A program made the translations under genes and the position numbers. A stretch of DNA of 63,085 bases, counting the filler, from Sanchytrium tribonematis (lineage: Eukaryota): NCBI GenBank assembly GCA_018985235.1. It is 14 parts of 14 records of this genome, joined end to end, with 100 filler letters (N's around TTAATTAATTAA, not from the genome) between each part and the next. Parts side by side here need not be neighbours in the genome. Positions count along the whole stretch, not along the records: positions 44,168 to 47,259 come from JADGIG010000912.1; positions 47,360 to 50,443 come from JADGIG010000913.1; positions 50,544 to 53,613 come from JADGIG010000914.1; positions 53,714 to 56,775 come from JADGIG010000915.1; 10 more parts are not named here. One strand, written 5' to 3'. This document shows, one piece after another, positions 44,068-54,405 of this stretch; positions within the stretch are counted from its first letter, which is position 1, and every line of letters begins with the position of its first letter. The notes below the pieces were generated by a model that worked only from the letters and a program-made list of their open reading frames with translations, did not search any database and had not been told where the DNA came from.

Positions 44068-44167
44068 NNNNNNNNNNNNNNNNNNNNNNNNNNNNNNNNN
44101 NNNNNNNNNNNTTAATTAATTAANNNNNNNNNNNNNNNNNNNNNNNNNNNNNNNNNNNNNNNNNNNN

Positions 44168-45599
44168 CAAGTATGAGTGAACCAGCATTTCAGGTTCTGG
44201 AGTAGACTCTTGCGATTCTCCAATCAATAGCGATATATCCTGATCGATGTCACAACTGTTGTTCTCAGACTCGTAAAATTCATGAACTTCAGTAATAGTG
44301 CTTTTGGAAATATCGGTCAAGTCCAACAGTGTATTTTCTGGCAAACGATTTTCTACATTATTTGAATATTTAGAACTATTGCTATAAAATGAGGTAATCT
44401 TAAGATCCCTTGATGACGTTCTTTTAAATTCAGATGGATAAGTGTTTGTTTTGGCTGTTGAGTATTTTGCAATCAAGTCTTGAAAGCTTCTTTTTTGAGG
44501 AACAGCGTGAGAGGCACTTTTGGGGCTGACCAATCGAGACAAAGTGCTTTGACTAAGAGTTGAAGCATCATCTAGTACGTTGACCTTAAAAGGTCTTGAT
44601 TTTTCAACAAACTTAATTTTGTTTTCTAGTAGAGTTGATATTATGTTTAATACTTTGTCTTCACAAGATATAATCACTTCCTTTTTACTAGGATGTACGT
44701 TAACGTCTACAACCTGAGGCTTAATTTGAAGACTCAAATAACAAAAAGGTAATTTTCCTTTTGGCAAATAACTTTCAAACATCCCGATAACAACCCTCTT
44801 AATACTAGTGGAATTTACTAATCGATTGTTAATAAACAATATAAACGGAACCTGAGAGGTTTGAATGGAAAGCATTGGGTGTGATGAAATGAAAATAATA
44901 CTCTTTACAATATCATGATTATTCAGAGGAGCGATAACTAACTCATCTACTTCTTTATCTTCTACGTGTTCTTCACCACTATGATAGAGTGCAATAAATT
45001 CTTCAAATTTACAAATTGATTGTATTCTTGAAAATCTTGATGGCTTGTTCGCATTAAATATGGGACCTTTGTGTTTAATTCCTTTTTTCAAACTGAAATT
45101 GATTTTGGGATATTCCACGGAATAGCTTTGAACCATTTTCAGACAAGAATTGTATTCGGCACTTGCAGATCTTAACCCTGACTTTCTATTTGGCAAATTG
45201 TAAAATAAGTCCTGACATATTATAGTAGTGCCAGTATTCATTGCCTTTGGGACGCAACTAACCAAATTATAATCCGAGTACTCGCATAAATTACCAACGG
45301 TATCATGCTCGTATTTTGTTTGTATTTTCAACTTACTGACACAAGAGACAGCACTTAGGGCCTCACCTCGAAAACCAAACGAAGATATGCTGAGAAGGTC
45401 CTCATATTTAGTGATTTTGGAGGTTGTAAACCTGTTGCACAAAATTTTTAAATCTTCCTTCAAGAGATATTTCCAATTTTGTACAGCCAGCATCTATGCT
45501 ATTTTCAATGAGTTCCTTAATAACACCAGTTGCACATACAATAACTTCTCCAGCACTAATTTTTCTCTGGGTTTCCTGATCAAGAAGCTGAATTCGCAT
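44168..45599 (-). pseudogene. MLH1: MLH1 mismatch-repair gene, 3' partial, with an internal frameshifting deletion (pseudogene or assembly/amplification artefact)
   Basis: KISAGEVI..KELIENSIDAG lies in one frame and EDLKILCNRFTTSK..SFGFRGEAL..DVNVHPSK in another. The intervening DNGxG motif is absent and there is no GT-AG intron at the junction. Confidence 0.75.
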
Positions 45600-45746
45600 T
45601 TTCTGGAACAAAGGAGCACACCTGTTCTAAATTTAATGTTATACATCAATAACCGCCAAATTAGAATAAAATGAAACTATAAGAACATGAACAAAGTTTA
45701 TTTGAAAGTCTAAATGAATCTGAAACAACTATATTAAAGCCATTTG

Positions 45747-46461
45747 ATGAAAATTAAAAATTTCTTATTTGGTTTGATAACAGCTGCCATACTGTTCATA
45801 ATTATCTTCGCTACTCACAAAGATGATGTTATACGAATTTTGACAGATTTTAAATTATGGTTACGCGAACATCCTGCTGGTCCAATATTGGTGTTTTTCT
45901 TAATAAGTCTAACAGCATGTCCTCCCACTCCTGGATATTCTACTCTAGTAATATTTACAGGGTTTGTTTATGGCATGAATGGCTGGTTCATTGCTTCTAG
46001 CGCTGCTGTTTTTGGAGCTAGTTGTGTATTTATAATTACGAGAAAATTTAAGATAGGTTTTACAATGGATAGAAATTGGTTAACAATCTCTAAGGTTGTA
46101 GAAAAAAAAGGACTTTGGTTTGTGCTGCTTTTAAGGCTTGCACCAAGTCCATTTAATTTGTCTAATGTTATCTTTGCAATTACTAAAGTGAAATATACCA
46201 CGTTTGCTCTTGCCACGGCCATATCTACGCTCAAGTTGCTTATGCATGTATATCTAGGTAAAACCATCTAACTAAGGCGCGTGTATGGGAGCTCATTTTG
46301 AAATCAAATCCGAGGGATCATTATTATTTGTAAGCATAGCATTTTTTATTGTGGCAAGCGCAGTCTGCTACAAAACTGTTCAGAATGAACTCATCAAAGA
46401 AAACGCATTAGGAGAAGAGGAGCTGTTAAGTGTACCAGCAAAAGGGGTCGATATTGCCTGA
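45747..46461 (+). CDS. TVP38: Tvp38/TMEM64 (DedA/VTT family) membrane protein, 231 aa; exons 45747-46257 and 46277-46461
   Basis: PP.PGYS, GFVYG..GW, LLRLAPSPFNLSN, KLLMHVYLG. The spliced exon adds a final TM helix and ends in TGA followed by AATAAA. Confidence 0.85.
46258..46276 (+). other. 19-nt intron (phase 1) in TVP38
   Basis: GTAAAACCATCTAACTAAG, with a canonical CTAAC branch motif at positions 11-15. Confidence 0.88.
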
Positions 46462-46477
46462 GTTAATAAATCAAAGT

Positions 46478-47149
46478 TTAAGACCCCATATCAGGAATGC
46501 TTTTTAAAGACCCCATTGACGAGCTGGCAGATCGAATTTCCAGTCTGTGTTTGCTAATTGACCTAGAATTTTCCATTCGAAGTTCGGCATTATTTAATAG
46601 AATGCTATTAAAATGAAAGAGTTCTTCAATCACTTCGTCAATAAAAACATTGATTTTTGGCATATTTGACTCAACTGATAGAGGATCTAATAAATTTAAA
46701 GCTACTTCTTCGATATTATGAATTACAGCATATTTAGAAACATCTGCAGGCGCCTTTTCGTAAATATCTATTTTCGAACTAGTTATAAGTACAGGATATT
46801 CTTTAATCAGATTTTGCTGAGATTCAGAGTACGATTTTGAACTGTTTGATATTGTATGCATCGAATCGATGACTGAGGTAAATTGATTTACAATATATTG
46901 GTTTAAATCAAAAGCCTCGATAACAATGACTACCGCATTGCAAGTGTTTAACAAAAATTTTAATGTTTTTTCGCTTTTTAAATCCGGAATCTCAAGCCAT
47001 TCGACATAAAAGTTTTTGTTGAATTTCTGGCTAAAATGTAAACTAAGATTGCAAATGCCAGAATCGTTAGAGCTCATCTTTTTAATAAAAGTTGATTTCC
47101 CACTTTTTCCACTACCCCATACTGCAATTCTAATTTTCTCCAATGACAT
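46478..47149 (-). CDS. Divergent small GTPase, RABL3-like
   Basis: MSLEKIRIAVWGSGKSGKS P-loop, FYVEWLEI where the DxxG is degenerate, and an SKID G4-like motif. Confidence 0.6.
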   Translation of the reverse strand: MSLEKIRIAVWGSGKSGKSTFIKKMSSNDSGICNLSLHFSQKFNKNFYVEWLEIPDLKSEKTLKFLLNTCNAVVIVIEAFDLNQYIVNQFTSVIDSMHTISNSSKSYSESQQNLIKEYPVLITSSKIDIYEKAPADVSKYAVIHNIEEVALNLLDPLSVESNMPKINVFIDEVIEELFHFNSILLNNAELRMENSRSISKHRLEIRSASSSMGSLKSIPDMGS

Positions 47150-47359
47150 TTGAAACAAGGTTTTGCAAAATTATTTTCTTGATTTTTTCAATTTCAAGCC
47201 ATATAAATATTAGCTAAATTTCCTAGCAACAGCGTTTTTATGAAAATCATTCATCCACGNNNNNNNNNNNNNNNNNNNNNNNNNNNNNNNNNNNNNNNNN
47301 NNNTTAATTAATTAANNNNNNNNNNNNNNNNNNNNNNNNNNNNNNNNNNNNNNNNNNNN

Positions 47360-47776
47360 TATTTCATGCTCATTTCATTTCCCAATATCATATTGAGTGT
47401 CTTATCAGGCTATTTGGTGGATAGACATCCTCCTAAAATCATTATTGGATTGGGCATTATTTGGAATTTAGGGAGTTTTGCATTTTACCATCAATATTTC
47501 AATGTGATTGTGGGCATGTTTGGTATAGCAAGTAGCTATGGGTGGATGTTGACTACTGTGCCTTCTTTATTGACATGTGATCGATTGCCAATCTTTATTT
47601 GGTATAACTGTGTGATTGGGCTTGCTACAGTCGCCACGCCTGTCTTGACGATGATTTATCAATTAAATGGATGGGATGGGGTGTTTTTTGTGTATTTGGT
47701 GTGTACTTTATTGATGGGAATTGTCCATTTTGTATTTTTGAAGAAAAATAAGCAAATTAATAAATTGCCATTGTAA
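47360..47776 (+). CDS. MFS-type transporter, C-terminal fragment
   Basis: SGYLVDR motif and multiple TM helices. Confidence 0.7.
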   Translation, partial: YFMLISFPNIILSVLSGYLVDRHPPKIIIGLGIIWNLGSFAFYHQYFNVIVGMFGIASSYGWMLTTVPSLLTCDRLPIFIWYNCVIGLATVATPVLTMIYQLNGWDGVFFVYLVCTLLMGIVHFVFLKKNKQINKLPL

Positions 47777-47777
47777 T

Positions 47778-48737
47778 TTATTGATAATGTGGTGGTATAT
47801 TGTTGGCTATTCTGTTATTTGTGACTTTAGAATTGATTTTATCCAAATGTGCAAATTCTAGCAACTTCGATGAAACATCTTCTTCTCCCAAAGATAAGTA
47901 AATAGCAGCCACACCAGCTACATAAGCAGCAGCTGCAGCAGTCCCTTCAACATCTTTATGGCGAGATGCTTCAGGTGCATAAATATGTGGTATTTTAGAA
48001 TCTGATATTTTGGAGACTCTGTTGTGTCTGTCCACAGCACCCACTACGACAATATTGTTGATCAAATTAACAGTATCTTCCATAGCATCTTGTTCATTTC
48101 CAGCTGCTTTGACAACAACAGCACCCAATTTAGTCAACATTGCAATTTTCTGATTTAATAAACGACTCTTTTCATCGACATTGAATGACAATTGGACCAC
48201 TGCTGATTTTTGATGCAATTGAATATCCTCAATTACATAATCTAATCCATCAATCACTTGTTTTAAAGTGGATTTTGGTGAAATAACTTTGACACTCACT
48301 ATTCTAGCATGTTTGGCCACACCATATCGTTTACCGGCTATTAATGAAGCAATATAGGATCCATGACAATGTAGATCATCTGGAGTGGTACCCGTCAAAT
48401 CTACACGGCGCACTGGCTGCAAATATTCATCACGCCCTAAAGTGAAACCAGAACCTAATAAATACACATTGACATCTTTGCCACCTTCTTCTGGATAAAT
48501 ATAATCAGCAGTCTTTTTGATGATACTAGATGAGCCAGTATTCAAATGACCTAGTGCCCAATGCCTCGATTTAGCAGTTTCAATGGCATTTAATGGCGCA
48601 CAGTTGGATCCACGATTGCCAAATGGATTGGGTGGATGCGCAAATGCCAATGTGGATGCTTGCTGGCTCAAGTAAGCGGATTGTTGTTGAGCCATATATC
48701 TCGTCATGAGTGCGGAAATTGATACGTACAAGAGCAT
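47778..48737 (-). CDS. Secreted subtilisin-like (S8, proteinase K type) pseudo-protease
   Basis: WALGHL, GKDVNVYLLGSG (catalytic D to G), HGSYIASLIAG..YGVAK, AAGN, VEGTAAAAAYVAGVAA (catalytic S to A). Confidence 0.85.
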   Translation of the reverse strand: MLLYVSISALMTRYMAQQQSAYLSQQASTLAFAHPPNPFGNRGSNCAPLNAIETAKSRHWALGHLNTGSSSIIKKTADYIYPEEGGKDVNVYLLGSGFTLGRDEYLQPVRRVDLTGTTPDDLHCHGSYIASLIAGKRYGVAKHARIVSVKVISPKSTLKQVIDGLDYVIEDIQLHQKSAVVQLSFNVDEKSRLLNQKIAMLTKLGAVVVKAAGNEQDAMEDTVNLINNIVVVGAVDRHNRVSKISDSKIPHIYAPEASRHKDVEGTAAAAAYVAGVAAIYLSLGEEDVSSKLLEFAHLDKINSKVTNNRIANNIPPHYQ

Positions 48738-48904
48738 CTTTACTAATCTGCATAAGTTGGTTCTATCGCTATTTATGTGATTTGATGTGGGCTAATATGG
48801 CTAATATGGCTAAAATGGAATCATTTTTGGCACTTGAACAAATATGATTGCGTCATCATGAAGGCGGGGTAACTTTTACGTCTATTATTTTTTATTCATA
48901 AAAT

Positions 48905-49399
48905 CTATTGAGTTGCAGTTGTATTCGCAATATCAGTGGTATTTTGAGCCACTTCTGTTGTATTCTGAGCCACTAGTGTTGTATTGACTGCTGTGGTATT
49001 GTCTACAGTTTGACCACTGCAAGGTGCTCTGACCCAAGATACGCCAGTTCTTCCCACATCTTCACTGCCAACAACTACAGCAAACATGGCTGGTGACATA
49101 TCTACTGCGCCAGTTTGACATCCCATGCATTTATCTTTCACGTGTCCCAATTGAGATCCTTTTGGACCAGTCACCAAAATGCATTCATCACAAGATGGAG
49201 ATCCATTGCTTCCAGGTCCGAAATCAGCCACACTTAATGCGACTACCATGTTACTATTGCTTTCTTGAGTGCCACATGCAGTTAATCCACTATTCAAATC
49301 ATAAAATGTGCCATCTCCGGATGATCTTTTAGAGATTTGAGCATATCCATATCTTTCAGTTTTCAAAGCAAGGACTGGTAAAGTAAATAACATTGGCAT
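48905..49399 (-). CDS. Secreted RlpA-like/DPBB (expansin- or loosenin-like) protein
   Basis: Short hydrophobic leader, GDGTFY...GLTACG, VVALS, VKDKCMGC...VDMSPAMF, and a Thr/Asn-rich tail with VAQNTT repeats. Confidence 0.85.
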   Translation of the reverse strand: MPMLFTLPVLALKTERYGYAQISKRSSGDGTFYDLNSGLTACGTQESNSNMVVALSVADFGPGSNGSPSCDECILVTGPKGSQLGHVKDKCMGCQTGAVDMSPAMFAVVVGSEDVGRTGVSWVRAPCSGQTVDNTTAVNTTLVAQNTTEVAQNTTDIANTTATQ

Positions 49400-49654
49400 T
49401 TGGGAGTGGGGTCGCTATTTATACCTCTGTCTAATGACGAAAAGGATGCAAAGATCAAGTGCACAGATCATTTCGTCGCAAATTCGATTAATCGCCGTTA
49501 TCAACGTCGCACACGATTAAAAGATCAACCGATCACGTCGCACCAGCAATTTATGAGGATTTGTAAAAGTTTATCCTCATAGTAACCAAGACATTTTCTC
49601 ATAAAAAGAATGCCAAATGCAAAATGCAATTTGAAGTTGCACAGGGTGAAACAA

Positions 49655-50443
49655 ATGTCATTTCTACCTGCAAAGCGTATTTCCAATGAATTAATTGATT
49701 GCTGGTCAGTATTCACTCCATTAGCCAATAAAACAGCTAATTGTATTAATCTTGGTCAAGGATTTCCAAGTATGCCTCCTCCAAATTACATTTTAAAGAA
49801 TGATTTGCCATTGACGGGTCATCAATATTCCCCACCCAGTGGTATCCCATCATTAAAATCAACATTATCCCAATACTACCAATCCAAGGGTGTCGAGGGT
49901 GATGTATGCGTGACAGCAGGTGCAAATGAAGCCATTTTTGCAACTTTAGCTGCATTTATCAATCCTGGCGATGAAGTCATTGTATTTGAACCATTCTTTG
50001 ATCAATATTTAAGTAATATCACATTTCAAGGTGGTAGTGTCAAATCTGTCCCATTATCTCTCCCCAATTGGGATATCCCATTTGATTTATTAAAATCCGC
50101 TATCTCCAATAAAACCAAGATTATCATATTCAACACCCCTCATAATCCAAGTGGCAAAGTATTCAATCACTCAGAAATGTTAGAATTATCCAAAATCATC
50201 AAACATCACAATATTCTAGTCATTTCTGATGAAGTTTATTCAGAATTAACATTTAATGTCAAACATATCCCATTTTGCACATTGCCAGATATGCATGATT
50301 ACACAGTCACCATTGGAAGTGCCGGTAAGATGTTCTCAGCCACTGGTCACAGAATTGGATGGGCCATTGCAAAATCGGAGATTCTAAAACACATTTTAAT
50401 CGCACATTCTCGCATCGTATTCTGTCCCAATCAACCCCTCCAA
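49655..50443 (+). CDS. BNA3: Kynurenine aminotransferase (Bna3/KYAT1) family, 3' partial
   Basis: INLGQGFP, VTAGANEA, FEPFFDQY, NTPHNPSGKVF, SDEVY, GSAGKMFSATGHRIGW. Confidence 0.9.
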
Positions 50444-50699
50444 NNNNNNNNNNNNNNNNNNNNNNNNNNNNNNNNNNNNNNNNNNNNTTAATTAATTAAN
50501 NNNNNNNNNNNNNNNNNNNNNNNNNNNNNNNNNNNNNNNNNNNCCTGAAGAGTTACGAGATTGACGCTTTAACCAATGATTTATTGAGTTACTGGGCTGT
50601 CATTCTACCCAATTAGAATTACCTCAAGTCATCTGGTACATTTCGTCTCTCAAAGGGGGATCAGGAGTTCTCCTTGGGGTAAATCTATTTTAGAAATGG

Positions 50700-52181
50700 C
50701 ATTTAATAGACACATACCTTTGCTTTTGTTGTGTCAATGGAATTATCCCGATCGAATGGACAGATTCCTCAATTATCGAAATCTTCAAAAATAAGGGGAG
50801 CATTGAAAATCCCATGTTCTACAGGCCAATAAGTCTAAATTGTGTTCTCAGAAAACTTTATGAGAAGCTACTTTATTATTAACTTCTAAAAAATGAGTTG
50901 ATACCATCATACAGGCAACATGGCTTTGCTTTTAGTCGCGGAACTCTTACACAATTGCATTTAGCTTTAAATTTAATGGGTGGTAAAAATGGCAATTTTT
51001 ATATGGGATCTGTAGATTTGAGCAGTGCATTTGACACTGTGAACTGGAATGACATTGAAAAATCTACCCAAAATAATTTAAAACCATGGGATTTAAATGC
51101 ATTAAGATCACTGATTGTGAATCAATCACTACATTTAAAACGTGATTCAAATAAAACGCAAGTAAAATTAAAACAAGGTGTACCTCAAGGAGGGACCTTA
51201 TCGCCTTTATTTTTTTCTTTTATCGTTGACAAAATCATTTCCGAGCTGGAATTTGATGAAAATTGACTCAATTTTTGCTTATATGCTGATGATATTTTTG
51301 TAATTTCAAACTATAAAGAGTATTTACAGGAAATACTTGTCAAATTGACAGATTTATTAATGCGGCATTCATTTAAAGCCAATCCACAAAAGTACCAAGT
51401 TGTGGCATCTGAAAAGGTAGAAATTGTAATACAAAATCAAACCCTTCAACAATGTAACTTTATGCGATATCTTGGCGTTCATATTAACAAAGATGGCATT
51501 GATTATGAGCAAGAAATCAAACACAAACAAAACAAAATTAAAATGGTTCAAGCCAAATTGAATAACGGATGTGCCAAAAAGCTCTTTCAAGGAAAATCAC
51601 TATTTGTAAAAGACATAATTGATACCATTTTATCGTATGGATTGTCTCTATGGACTCCAAAAGAATTAGACAAACTGGAGAAATTAAGAAAATACACCAT
51701 TAATAAATTATTTGGAAATACTAGACTAATACATAAATACCTCTGTGGTTTTTTAAATGCTATCGAATTATATCAACGAGCAAGAATTAGTCATGAAAAT
51801 CAAATAAAAAACATCATTTTTACTTTGGAACAGCAAGATACGCCCCAAAATTACTTAGAATTGCTTAAACGTGATACATCAATGGCCTGCAATATTAATG
51901 ACTATATCCCTCTTGATACAGGGACTTCAAATGAGCTGATGGAGAGAAATGAAGAGAGATTGAAGGAGATGTGGAACACAAATCCGGCGGAAAGAGGGAG
52001 TAGATTGGATACTGAGAGCAATCTAATGAAACTACTGAAGAGCAACAAGTATACCAGAGTGTATACTCATCATGTTTTAAGACTGGGACTGCTTTTTATG
52101 GGAATTATCCCATATAAAACATACAAAACGCGATCCCTCCGATTTGCTATTTCAAAAAGAAACACGCGAAAGCATCAATAA
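50700..52181 (+). mobile_element. Decayed non-LTR (LINE) retrotransposon reverse transcriptase
   Basis: One frame carries P.EW..S.I..IFK.KG...YRPISL, QHGF, DLSSAFD, GVPQGGTLSPLFF, YADD and RYLG. In-frame stops are TAA 50880-50882 and TGA 51264-51266. Confidence 0.9.
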
Positions 52182-53613
52182 AAGAACAAAATACGTCCGT
52201 GAAGAATTAATCATTCAACCCTCATTATCCCACCAACAATTATCACTCCCAAGATATTCTATTATTTACATCTCCGGATTCAAAACCATTTTCAGAAATA
52301 TTCCAGCCGCTATCCAGATTATGATTGATGGCATTGCCCAAATTATCCAAAAGAACATCCCATTTGATACTATCCAGGACATTCGTCCATTATTATTGAA
52401 AAAAGGAATGACCCCCGAAGATGTGATCTGGGAGGTCATTGTTGACAGATTATACTTAGATTCATTTAAGCAGTCATTAATAATTGATAGAGCATTGATT
52501 AATGATGCTAATAAATATCAATTTATTCCACTTATTCGATTTATTCAACAACTAGATCATTTATCTACATCTGCGATTCCAGCTCATAAACAGTATGCTG
52601 AGTCACAATTGTCATTATTAACTGATGATTTTAAGAGTAAATGTGAGGAATCATCTTGTAATCTCTACGCAAGATACTTAAATACTAAATATCCCAAAAT
52701 TCATTCCCGTGAGCAATATCAGCTGCACTTAAAGCATATTGAACAGGATTTACAGGATTTAGTCAATCAAGAAGCCATTCAGAACCACCATTTATTGAAG
52801 AATTCGATTTGGAAATTTTCAGACTTCTTTTTATGTTATTCGAAAGCATATTACACGATGCTTGAAGGACAAACTAGTATGTCGTATGGTGAATTTGTAC
52901 TCTCATTGTATATCAATGGGGTGAATAAAGCCATTAAAGAGTTTAAGTTGAAAACAGAGCCAAATTTTATTTTGGAAGAAAAAGCATCAGAATTGGATAT
53001 GTCCATGTTATCTAATCAATTGAAGTATTTGGAGACATCCAGCAAGCCACTGTTCACGCAAGAGTTGAAAAAAGAAGTCAAAGATATGGAAATGGAAGAA
53101 GTTGTTGAATCCAAATTTGTAGATGTTTTTCATGACAAATCGAATGGGAAATGCGAGTCAGTCAAGGTGACTAGAAATGATACAGTAAAGTCTTTGGCAA
53201 CCAAATGCAACATTGGTATTGATGAGAACATGGTGATTTTCGTGGATGGTCAATTATGGCCATTAACAAAATACGATGAATTTATTATTTCTCATGGATT
53301 TGTCGCATTTATGGGCAGTCAGATGGTTTCCACCAATGTATCAATTCACCATTATGATAACAAAGATGTTGTTAATGCTCAGGTGCCATTGACATTAAAA
53401 ATGTTGGATACTTTGATTGCTCTTAAAATTGAACATGAAAATTGTGATTTTGTATTGAATGAACACCCAGTTAGATTTGTGCCAACAAAAACGTGGGAAA
53501 AGGTGTCCAATGTGTTAAAGATTGCTCAATACGGTATGAATGAATTATCTTTTAACTATTTATATTTATTTTTCATCTTCTTCAATATTCTTGCATTTTG
53601 GACCTTGATGCCG
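52144..53613 (+). CDS. Hypothetical protein abutting the LINE remnant; start uncertain, runs to the contig end
   Basis: About 490-codon open frame with the first ATG at 52321; no family recognised. Confidence 0.55.
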
Positions 53614-53713
53614 NNNNNNNNNNNNNNNNNNNNNNNNNNNNNNNNNNNNNNNNNNNNTTAATTAATTAANNNNNNNNNNNNNNNNNNNNNNNNNNNNNNN
53701 NNNNNNNNNNNNN

Positions 53714-54200
53714 AACGATCTGATGCCTTTTGATATTTGACAAAATTAATAGATGGGAAATCTATTGTATATTTCTTTGTGGTTTCAGGCTCGTCATGGA
53801 TTAGTTGTGACATTTGCTTAATGTGAAATTCATTAGAATCAATATAGTAGAAATTGATAGAATACACGTCATATGATGATACATAATCTTGAATCACACT
53901 TGCAATATTTATAAATACAGCTTCACAAACACCAGTCTCTTGTTTCAAATATGCGAGAATATTTTTTAAATCATTGATTTTAAATTCGTTTTGTATTCCC
54001 TTTTGTTTAAAGAATCTAAAGAATTCAACTAGTAGTGGGTCATTAAAGTACTCTTCAACGCATATATTACCCGGATCTTTTCCTTTAAGATGGTTGGAAA
54101 TCTGAAAAAGGACTTTTGCATCATCTGGTGGAAAATTGTCAAGTCTCTGGTCCCAATACAGACTATACAACGAAAATAATACAAATAAAAGAAGCAACAT
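53714..54200 (-). CDS. Hypothetical protein with N-terminal signal or anchor, 3' partial
   Basis: Begins MLLLLFVLFSLYSLYW and is open to the contig end. Confidence 0.55.
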
Positions 54201-54405
54201 GGGATGTTTAGAGGAGGATCATTTTAGATTTAACGTGGAGATATTTGTGCAATAATGTGCAACATTTTGAAACTGCTACATTCCACAGCATCAAAATCAT
54301 TTTCATCTTAAAGAATTAATGAGCATTGGTTCAAAATGACCATGAAATTTATGATTTCCCAAATTCCATTTGAAACCAATTTCAAGGAGCATATGGGTCA
54401 GACAA

